Positions 53,427 through 64,000 of a stretch of DNA of 64,000 nt are shown one piece after another. The position numbers and the translations under genes were made by a program. The notes under the pieces are model-generated. The model had not been told where the DNA came from. It searched no databases and worked only from the letters and a program-made list of their open reading frames with translations. The stretch is from Epiperipatus broadwayi (Eukaryota; Animalia; Onychophora): the NCBI GenBank assembly GCA_028023455.1, contig JAQFVV010000003.1:10850001-10914000 (forward strand), read 5' to 3'. Numbering within the stretch: the first letter of the stretch is position 1; every line of letters begins with the position of its first letter.

Positions 53427-55904
53427 TGTAACGGGATGGGGTGGGTGATAAAAGGAGTGAACCTGGGGTGATGGCAAAATCATCATCAACCCCAAGTAAA
53501 ACACAAAATCTCTAAGAGATCATTGACAACATTGAAAGATCAGCCAGCTAACTCGAATAACTATAAATCCACCATACATCAATCATATGTCAACCAGCAC
53601 TATAATTTAAAAAAATAAGTACAAGTGAATACTTGAGAGAAATCACCATCCATCATCATCATTGATGGGAATAAACAAATTAGTACAATAAATCAGAATA
53701 AAATCAACAGACCATCTTGTGGCTGGATTGAAAATGGGTCTTCTTTAGACCGGGCTAACTATTGAGCCTTTGCCACCTTGGGCAATTATTTAAACATAAC
53801 TTGGATGCACCAGCTTAGTGCCCATCCATTAAAATACATAAGAATCAGAAATCAAAACAATAATGCTGGGACATTTAAAACATGCTGATCATCATCAATG
53901 CTCAGGCCACTTGTACTGGCCAACTATAAATGTAAATTTTTAATAAGACTAAAGTAAAATAAAAAATAATAGTGCATGGGCTTTAAAGAGTATCCTCTTT
54001 GGTGCCAACCAGGATGATGATTGATCATCTCTGGATGCCCCAAAGCACTAAGTACACATCCCCATTTATCTGTGTCCGAATCTAGCTCAGAGAACACAAG
54101 ATCTATTACTGTATGTGACCAAGAGATGATGGAATACAATTTTAACAATTAAATACAAGTTTATTATTAACAAAAAAATAAATGATTAAGGTCTTATGAG
54201 GGTTCTGATTTTGAAAAGTATACATTGAGTTACATGATTAATAAATTAGGCTTACTTAAAACCCATTCAGCACACAGGCATGTGGCTTGATACAAAATTA
54301 ACATGTTTGAATTAACATTTAATTTAGAAAAATGATCAAAATTTTACACATAAGTGTCTATCTGACACACATTGTTATTTACAATACAATTGACATATAT
54401 ATATATATATGTGTGCATGAATTTTCTGATTTTGATTATAATACAAAATTTCAAATGATCACATTGAGATTTAAATAATTACTATTCAACATTTAAATTG
54501 TTACATTGATTTACATATATGTGTGCACACAAATGTGCGATTTATAATATGCAATTAATATTTTAAAAAAAATGAATTGACATTTAATCAAAAAAAATAT
54601 TAAAATTTTACATATATGAGTGTGCGTGTATATACACACACTGACTTTTATCTATTTCAACTCATTACAATAATATTACATTTTTTCATAATTAATTCAT
54701 GTGGAAAAACATAAATTTCACACTTATACATGTGTATCAATATTAAAAAAAAAACAGTTTAACAAATTCTATTATAGCTTTCTTTTATTCTTTTACAAAA
54801 AATATATAGTCAATTTTCCAGAGGTTAGAAAGCTTTTATTAGGTTACCTCTTAACGAATTATCAATGTCTTTAAATTTAAAAATATAGATTTAAAAATGT
54901 CCATCAAATAAATTATTGAAAAACAACTCACTTTTGTATGCAAGTTTATCTGTGCTTCTCTTCGCATATGTAGACACAGCAGCATACGTATAACTACTTC
55001 TTTATTCAGCTGCTCTCTTGGGCAAGCTGTTTTTTGGTCATTCCAGGAAATTGTCATCATCAGGTAAAAGTACATAATTCAGGTATGGTTGGCTTTTTCC
55101 TTTCTGTAGTCAGTTCCACTTATACTTGGATTTTGTAAGCTTCAGGTCAGCAAGCTGTTTTCCAGAACACTTTTAAGGCTATGAATTACAAAGAATCTTG
55201 ACCCGTTTCCTCCATGTAAATTCAAACTCCTCCAGTGAAATGTAGAGCAGCCACTTCCTTGCATTCTTAAATCCTCATGGCAGTTCTCTTGATAATTATA
55301 CTAGCCATCTTTGCAGCTAGCTTTACTATGGCTATTTTCTGCTACAGTTACCAACTCTTCACAAAATACTTGAGCCAACTTTATAGCTAGCTCTTCTGCT
55401 AACTCTTATAAAACTGCAAGCCAAACTGTTCTCTTTAAAATCACTCTCCAGACTGGAGCTATTTTGTTATCAGCCCTTTTATAGACTCATCTAAGGTGAT
55501 AACAGCAGCTTGATTAAAAACAGAGTTTTTATTTTTATCTCACTAATCCCTTTGAAAACATATACATGTTTTTACTTAGGGGATTTCTAATAGATAAAAA
55601 TTTTGTTTAATTAATTAAAATTTCAAAAATACAATAGGGTGTTTTTAAATTTCAAAATCAGAGTAATAATTAATAATAATGCAATATTTATATTTATTCA
55701 GACCTTTTTAAAATATTAATTTCATAATGAAATTTTACTTTAAACCCAGAGTTATTTAACCCTTTAATTATTATTATTTTATTTTAGGAAATATAAAAAA
55801 AATCTACAAAAATTTATTCTATGTTTATTTCTACTTTTCCTTTATTTTATATATATATGCACATACACTATATTAGTGTGTGAGCTGTAATCCAACTGGT
55901 TACA
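53427..55904 (-). mobile_element. 2.48-kb TGTAAC...GTTACA element in a (TA)n tract; solo-LTR-like
   Basis: TG...CA ends with 6-bp inverted termini and ATAT on both sides. TATAAAAGGG (55474-55483) and AATAAA (55001-55006) on the minus strand. No gag/pol traces seen. Confidence 0.4.
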
Positions 55905-56099
55905 ATATATATATATATATATATATATAAGCTATTATGTCCTTAACTGATGTTTTCTAAAATAAAATAAATCTAGTACATGTTAATAAGTATGCAAGTC
56001 ATTTTAATGTAACTCCTACATAAAATCATTTTACATTATTATATTGTAAATATATATATATATATTATTAAAATACCAATACAAAAGAAATAAATTCTA

Positions 56100-56400
56100 T
56101 TTATTATAATGAAGTGAATAATTTATGAAGAATTTATACATTTTGTAATTATAAAGATAGACTGAATCAAAAGCAAAATAAATTATTATTATTCAGAGTC
56201 TAGAAAGTGGATTGAAAGTTTTATAAATAATATACATGAGGTGAATATCAATAGATGGACAAACAAAGTTTAAAACTGGTTGTCAGTAAATTATAAATAA
56301 CTTAGAATAGCATCACTTATGTGACAGATGAAATAAAGACATTTTCTGGAATGAAGTGGAGAAAAGAAACCACGAATTAAAAAAACTGAATTAATTCCAA
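56100..56400 (+). mobile_element. RTE LINE 3' fragment
   Basis: AATAGATGGACAAACAAAGTT...GATGAAATAAAGACATTTTCTGG resembles the RTE 3' end at 16010-16130. Confidence 0.45.
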
Positions 56401-57899
56401 GAAATATTCACTCTGCAATTGGATGATAATGATTAAAAATAAAGATCATGATCAAATTATCTTCCCAAGATTAGATGGGATATTTAGAAAATAAGTTGTT
56501 ATAATAAAGTCTTATGCTTTGATCATCATCAGTGGTATTTTGTCATTGTTTACACCACATTAATAAATTTTAGCAATTTCATATTTTTATCACATTTATT
56601 AACTTTAATTATCTTTTACATTATTAAGATGCATGAAAAATGTTAATAATTGATATAATATTTATTAAATAAGTTAATAAAGATTTAATAGCAAAAATAT
56701 ATGTATACCTTTAACAACTAAGCAAATAATCCAACTACACACAAGCACACATACATTCTTTTTTTTTTTTTTTTTTTTTAAAGGTAAACAATAAGTAATT
56801 TAAAGGAATTAAATTATTTACTTCCATAAGTTCACAGGATATTTTATGGTATATAAAAATGAAACATTAGATGGATTTAAATGCTGAAATACAGAATTTT
56901 TCTGCTTGAAATAACAATTCATAAAAAATTATTTTAATAAGATTACATATGTATGATGTGTAATTTATGAAGTGCGAATAATATATGTAGGAATTTTAAA
57001 AAAAAGTGAAACAAACTATTAAATTTATTTTTATAATATTATTTAAAAATATTTAATGCTTCTTTAATGTATAAAAATATCTATCAGTATTCAATACATA
57101 TCTTTATATACGTCTACAGGTCATGCAGAAACATGTAGATTTTACAAATAAAAATAATTATAAAGATATTCTTTTTTAACTAGCATTTAAAAATAAAATA
57201 ATCAAATATTTATTAAATTTCAATTCACCGGTACGCTTTCTATGGATAGGTGTGTTTTTAATCATTATATTTATTTTACTTTAAGGAAATTTATAGACAC
57301 AAAAGGGGATTCCATATGTCATAAATATAGAGATATTCAACTTGATTTGTCTAATGTATGAGAGTACCTTAGAAAAAGCAATATTACAAGGACAGTAACT
57401 CTTGGGTTATGCATATTGTCCCCCAAGTTCAAGAACTAAACAATGGTTAATACTTCATTCTCAAAAAACTCTAAAACAACATCCAAATTTTCAGGAAAAA
57501 ATAAGTAAAAGTATAAAAAATGAAAGTGGATAATTAATGTTAAATTATGAATATATAAAATTTGGCCTGAGAGGGAATTGTCTAAACTGATATCTTTAAA
57601 AGTATAAATTAAAAGGCACAAATAATGATAATTGTAAGGATATTCTATATTTTAATTAAGCTAACAAGAGGCATTCTTGACTTTTCTAGCAAAATAATAG
57701 TAACATAAATAATCTTAGTTTGCGATTTAATCTAAAGTCAATAAAGTGCTATAAATATTATATAACTGAGGTCATTAAATTATATAATTACTGACATACT
57801 GTTATTCTTATAGCTATGTAGACATGGCTGAAGGTTTATGGTGATATTTTAGTATTAATTACATGTTGGATTATTTCCATCAAAATTTTCCAAATACAT

Positions 57900-58845
57900 T
57901 TAAATATTGATATAAAACAACGCTTTGAGTAGTATTATTCTTCTCTCTTCTTCTAATGTTGTTGTACTGATCAAGTAACAGTACTAACAAAGGAATCAAA
58001 CCTGGCCTTTTAAATTTATGAATATTGAATTTTAATGTAATGCTTTAACCAACTGAGGTAGCTATCAAAGATAACAGTCAATATAAATTTCATATACTTT
58101 ATATATGAGTATCATCCTGGTTTCTCTATTTTTTTGCTGAGCACAATGTAAATTAGGGTCTTCCAGATGCTATGAATTATCACATTAATTAGCCTTATGG
58201 GGGTTTTTTGGTTGCCATTTTCAGTGAGCAGCTCCTTGTGAATTTTTTTCTTTGTAACTTTTCCTATCTAGCCAATATTTTGTATTTAGTCACATATATT
58301 TTCTCTTTTCTAATCATCAATTGGTGCCCATTCAATTGCTTTTCATTGGGGTGACTGGTCTCATCAATATACATCCTTCCACATTCCACATTCACATGGT
58401 ATTTCTTGATTCAGTTTTTGTTTTTTAACATTTCAAGTTTAGGTTGTGCAAATGTTACATTGATTGTAGATATATATGGACACATTACAGAATCAATAAT
58501 TGTTTATCTTTTGACGTTTCCTTTTGTTATCAATTAAGATTTTAATAATAGATAACAGATAACCATTCTTCATTAGAGTATGTTCTATGTAGATCTTTTT
58601 CAAAATCACTGGTTCCTATACATACTTCTTTTGCTTGGTTCCACAGTGATAGTATAAATCCATGTTTTGTGCTTCTGGTGGATTTGAAGTGTATGTTAAC
58701 TATATTCCTGTGGGAGGAGGAGGATTCTACACACTGTAATTTTGATTTTGCTTTATGTGTGAGTCTTGTCACAAAAACATCTGAGAATGCCAATTTTCAT
58801 TCTTGTTCTGATTCTATTGTTAATTTAGTTGGATTTCAGCTAAAT
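57900..58845 (-). mobile_element. Penelope-like element family 2, 5'-truncated inverted copy with tRNA-like/hammerhead terminal repeat
   Basis: FTIESEQE..AFSDV..IHFKSTRSTKHGFILSLWNQAKEVC (58542-58830). GIY-YIG IPCECG/RMYIDETSHP near 58350-58410. A/B boxes at 58041-58060 and 57992-58002. Degenerate hammerhead at 57915-57960. Confidence 0.8.
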
Positions 58846-58849
58846 AAAA

Positions 58850-60420
58850 TTTCTTACTTTTATAGTCTAAAATCCATAAAGACCATGTTCCATTAAGATC
58901 TATTGCTAGTTCTAAAAATTTTCCTTGCCAAAACTTATCAAGATTTCTTCACAAAATTCTTAGTCATTTGACATATAAGATATAGTTCTTTATCAAAGAT
59001 TCTAATCACTTTGTAAAAATTAATCAAGAACATGAAGATTGAAAAAAAATGACTTACTAGTAAGCTTTGATGTGGAAAGTTTATTCACAAATATATCATA
59101 TGATGAAGCATTGTTTATTGTAAGAAAAAGAGTAAATAATGATAATAGCTTACAAATCACTCTTCCTATTAAAAGTATAATTGGAACTATTAACATTCTA
59201 CATAACAATGAACTCGCAATACAACACTCCAATAAAATTAAATGATGGCTATGGACTCTACTCACATTCGTTTACATGGAGGAACTTGAAATCACAGCCA
59301 TAAATACTATTCCAGATTTATCTGAAGTTTGGCTTTACTATATTGATGACATATTTGTTATACACCACATGGTGAAACTCCATTTCAAACATTTTGGTCA
59401 CACATTAACAACATATCCTCTTCAATTAAATTCACAATAGAATCAGAAAAAGAACAAAAATTGGAATTTCTTAGATGTCCTTGTGATGAGGCTCCCTCAT
59501 AATAAAATCAAAACCAAGTCTACACACAAGTAAACAGTTGTCATACATGTCCAAATACAAAACATGAAGTTATACTATCACTATGAAACAGATCAAAATA
59601 AGTGTATTCAAAACCAGTTATTTGGAAATAGAAAAGATCTACATAGAACAATATGAAAAGTGTTCATCTATCAGTTTTCATTAAGAAAATATTAATAGAC
59701 AGCAAAAAGAAACATCAAAATAAAAACAATTATCAATACCATAGTGTATTTATATATACCAGAAATAATAGACAAAGTAAAGAAAATATGTGTTCAATAT
59801 AACATCAGAATAATTTTCCAGAGTGATAGTACACTCTAAGAAATCTAAAATTTACAAAGACTAAAAACTTGAAATGCAGAAAAACAAAAAAATTCATCTA
59901 TGAAATGCAATATGAATGTAAAAGAATGTATATTGGCAAGACCAGTTACCTTATTAAAAAGCAATTAAAAGGATATAAACTGATAATTATAAAAGAGAAA
60001 CATATCTGTTTCAAGTATCAGACCATGTATGTAATAATAACCTTATGTTTGATTGGGAAAATACAAAAATATTAGATAGAGAGGAAAAAGTACACAATGA
60101 AGAAAAGAAGTTGCTCACATAACAATGGCAAATAAAACCATAAGTTGACCTAGTGTGACAACACATAATGTGTGGAAACTACTAATTAACCCCTTCTCTT
60201 AGGGAAAAGTAGAGAAATCATGAGGACTCTCATGGATAAGTATATGACATATCTATTGACTGTTGCCTTTGGCAGAATAGCTCAGTTAATTAGAGCATTG
60301 TCTTAAAATTCAATATTCACAAATCTGAAGATCCAGTTTCAATTCCCATGCTAGTATTGTCATTAGTTAAACCAGGAAAAGCTTAGAAGAAAAGAGAATA
60401 ATATAAACTTAAAAGAGCTA
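58850..60420 (+). mobile_element. Penelope-like element family 2 (RT + GIY-YIG, decayed)
   Basis: LLVSFDVESLFTNISYDEAL (59039-59245), YYIDDIF near 59340, FTIESEKEQK, IYEMQYECKRMYIGKTS (59869-60075). tRNA-like boxes at 60278-60346. Confidence 0.85.
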
Positions 60421-61084
60421 TTACAACCAGTTAAATGTATTTGGAAAGTTTAAATAAAATTTGAATTTTTCTAAAGCCATTCAATATTTAATTATGTAGA
60501 CATGTGTGCTTGGATTCAAAAAACCTTTAAGCATTTGACATTTTCAATTAGGTCATTAGTTTGATATACAGTAAGGATAAAAGTGGATTGATGCATGGGT
60601 AAATATAGTCAGTGCTCCTTGCTGATTTAAACTAATAATTAAAAATTAGTTTGGGATTTGTTTCTTACTAACTCCTGATAACATTCATTAACTACAGATG
60701 TTATATAGGTGACTATGGAGTATAGCAGTACAAATAGATTCTTACAGACAAATGCATATGACTTCATTTAATGTTTATCATTAATTAAGTTCATAAAAAT
60801 ATACTAGTTTTGTAATGATGATTTAGAATAGTTTGTTATTTACAGGAAGTTTCCATAAATAGCAAGCTTTTTTCCTCTTTGCATCAGAAAAAAAGAGATC
60901 GTAATTTTAATTTTGTCTCTTATTACATTTTTTTATTTATTAACATTACAAGATTATGTTATATAAATCGCTGAGCTGTTGATAACTAAGATGTTACATA
61001 ATTAATGCAAAAATGTATATATATAATTTTTTCCCCAGTAATTAGTGGTTATATAATCATACAGATGTTAATTTCATATTCAGT

Positions 61085-62222
61085 TCAAGAGAGGCTACCT
61101 CAGTGCTCTATGTCTGCATTACAAGAATAAATATTTTAGCTAACACAGGCAAAAATCTCCTTTCAATAGTGCTGTTCTATGCCAGCCAGAATAATCAATG
61201 GATGCCAGAAGGCTTGTGCATAAAATTCCCATCTAGTGCCTACTCATCCAATATCCCCAGGCTAGTTTCTGGCTTGTGGCCTTCATCAGCGAGGAATCTT
61301 GGATCTGAGAGTACTGCACCTAGATCTTAGGATATAATGCAACCCTCCAACAGCCACATTTTATCTCTACTAACTACAAAAGTATGAGAATAAAATTAAA
61401 AACAATATTTTTAATCTAAGCTATATAGTCATACATTTTGGTGTGATTGGCTTATGACTATGACTATTGAGCTTAGATTAAAAATATTATTGTGTTTTCA
61501 ATTTTATCTCATAGTTTTGTAGTTAAGTAGAGATAAAAGGATTGCATTAAATCCTAAGATCTAGGTGCAGTGCTCTCAGATCCAAGGCTCCTCACTGATG
61601 AAGGCACAAGCCAGAAACTAGTCTAGGGATATTGGATGAGTAGGCACTAGATGGGATTTTATGCACAAACCTTCTAGCACCCATTGATTACTCTATCTGG
61701 CACTGAGTGGCACTACTGTATGGAGAATTTTGCCTGTGTTAATAACAATTGTGTCCAAGTATAAGAAATGGTGATCATGTGATGTTTAGAGGTCTAACAC
61801 CAATCCTGCATAATAGAATAGTGGTGGCTATGGTTGTTACAGAGCCAAAGACACCAAAATGTATGGGTACTGAACTGAGTTCAGACCCATATGACTATTG
61901 AGCTTAGATTGAAAATATTGTTTTTAATTTTATTCTCATAGTTTTGTAGTTAAGTAGAGATAAAAGATGGCTGCTGGAGAGTTGCATTAGATCCTAAGAT
62001 CTAGGTGCAGTGCTTTCAGATCCAAGGTTCCTCACTGATGAAGGCCACAAGCCAAAAACTAGTCTAGGGATATTGGATGAGTAGGCACTAGATGGGGATT
62101 TTATGCACAAGCCTTCTGGCATCCAATGATTACTCTGGCTGGCACTGAGTGGCACTACTGTATGGAGAGTTTTGCCTGTGTTAGTAACAGTTATGTGCAA
62201 GCATAAGAAAGTGATTATGTAA
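61085..62222. mobile_element. Family H cluster: inverted partial copy plus two head-to-tail copies (441-nt ribozyme-to-ribozyme unit)
   Basis: Minus arm ~61085-61445; plus copies ~61450-61790 and ~61790-62222. Hammerhead cores at 61255-61295 (minus), 61595 (plus) and 62035 (plus). GUC sites at 61623 and 62064. Confidence 0.9.
61589..61629 (+). ncRNA. Minimal type I hammerhead ribozyme (family H)
   Basis: TCCTCA-CTGATGA-AGGCACAAGCCA-GAAAC-TAG-TC-TAGGGA; one mismatch in stem I. Confidence 0.65.
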
Positions 62223-64000
62223 TAAATATTGTAAATAGAAACATATACATAAAGTAAAAAAAATACAGAATTTGCACAACACCAGAAAAAACTAATTGAT
62301 CTATAGATGAAAAAAGATTGAGTTGAGATAGATCATTAGTTTTGCAGCTTAATAAATCAAGGATGCAAAAACAGAATAAGAATAATCATGATACATCTAT
62401 AGAAATGATAAAATTTGGTTATAGGATAAGAGCTTAGAAAAGATCAAAGAGAAAAAAAATCTAAAAACAGATAAGTAAATAATTAAATTATCTGATTTTA
62501 TGAAAATATAATAATAATAAGGGTGAAAAAAATTTGGTCCTTTTGACTTGTAGTAATTTCAATTAATCTTTTTAAGTTATTGAAAAGTAAAGGCAATCCA
62601 TAAAACTCTTACAGAGAAATTGAAGAAATGCTATCTGATGTATAGACAATATTTATAAGAATTTAAGTAAATTGAAAAGCCTGCAATTTGAAAACCTGGT
62701 TAAAAAAAAATAAGTCAAGAGCAGTAAATGTAAATTAAAGAATTAAACAGTATGCAAGTTAATGGATAACTGATTTCAGCAAAACAATCTGTTGCTTCAA
62801 AGTATTTTATGCCCTTCTATTTATTGGTATCAAAAGTTATTAAGAGGCCAAACAAAACATCACATGATGTAATCAGCTTACTATCAAAATCTTATTTAAA
62901 AATAGTCCTCAAATCTATTTTCTCTTCTTGATTAATCTATTGTGAATTTGAGTAATCAATAAATGTCAAATGGTAATTTAGGATGTTTAAAGGATTTTTA
63001 AGTCTTTGGCATAAATAGAAAATAAAGAATGAAATATAGTCATTGAATAAGTATAATGCAAGTCAGTGTTCTATATTAAAAAGGCCAACAATCCAGAAAA
63101 TATTCACACAGGTTTGCTTTCACTGCCCTCAAGTATCCATTGATTTTATTCAATCTTTATAAGATCTAGAACTAAAGAAAGATGTCATGAATATACAAAA
63201 TATATATATTTAACTGAAATGCTTTAAAATATTTTTTTAAAGCTTTTTTTTATTTATTTATTGTTTATTTGGTAGCCAATAATAATCTTCAGCCAGTATC
63301 AGCCAATAGCATCAACCATTTAGTTATAATACATTATTGGCTAAATGCTATCTTATTTTAAGTAGAATAAATGCTAACATATTTATAATAATAACATATC
63401 AAATGTCAAAAAAACCTTCTTTAAATTATTACTTTAATATTATATGTATCATCTTAATGACTTGTCATGATAGCTTGAGGATGATAATGTGCAGTTCTTA
63501 TATCATTTTACTATATTATCTTCATTATCAGAAACATTGGCTCATCACTTACAAATGTATTCTTCTCTTATTAATTCTTACTGAAATTTTTGCAAGTTTA
63601 ATGTTGATTGCACACATTCTACAGGGGCTTTAGTTTTTATATATACCTTATATAAAATCAAAAATTAGTGAATTTACTTTTCTGATTACCATTCATTTTG
63701 TATATTCTTTTAAATAGTTTTGATCTTCCTGTACCTTTCTTCAATATAATTTTCTTCTAATTCACTTTTTTATATAATTCTTCTCTGGAAACTTTCTGTA
63801 ACATATTTTTCAAATGCCAAAATTCTTCTCAGTAAATGTTTTGCTTCCATTATGTTTCATAGTCATATAATACATTAAAAAATATAAAATAAAAATTCTT
63901 ATAACATTACAATACTAGCCAAAAAAAAACTAAACCTGACTAAAATTCTTCCAAAACAATGATTTCACCAATTAATAAATAGACTTCTTTTATTTTTTAT

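Noticed and set aside
61103-62200. ORFs 61103-61330 and 61994-62200 (..HWMPEGLCIK.PSSAYSSNIPRLV..) as a repeated small protein
   Set aside because: They are antisense readings of family H. Other copies have indels and stops, and the conserved feature is RNA structure.

Overview
This is very AT-rich, CpG-depleted animal DNA, probably from an arthropod (inference). It is dominated by decayed retroelements, and no intact protein-coding gene could be assembled. Supported content: two Penelope-like element (PLE) families, each present as a head-to-head inverted pair; an APE-RT LINE inserted with a 7-bp target-site duplication (TSD) into a PLE terminal repeat; several RTE-clade LINE remnants; a hAT-Charlie MITE and a Charlie transposase remnant; tRNA-derived short elements; a processed SF3B4 pseudogene; two TGTAAC...GTTACA-bounded insertions; and a few isolated candidate exons. 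The most interesting signal is a non-coding ~440-nt repeat family ('family H') at five loci. Its more complete copies carry a minimal type I hammerhead ribozyme (consensus CTGATGA-aGGC-cacaa-GCCa-GAAAC-TAG-TC). By hand pairing, the monomer folds into a long rod with the ribozyme at its tip and shows compensatory substitutions. It occurs both as head-to-tail tandems and as head-to-head inversions, which makes it a candidate retrozyme or viroid-like circular RNA element mobilised by PLEs. All RNA folds, family assignments and exon calls were made by eye and need computational confirmation.
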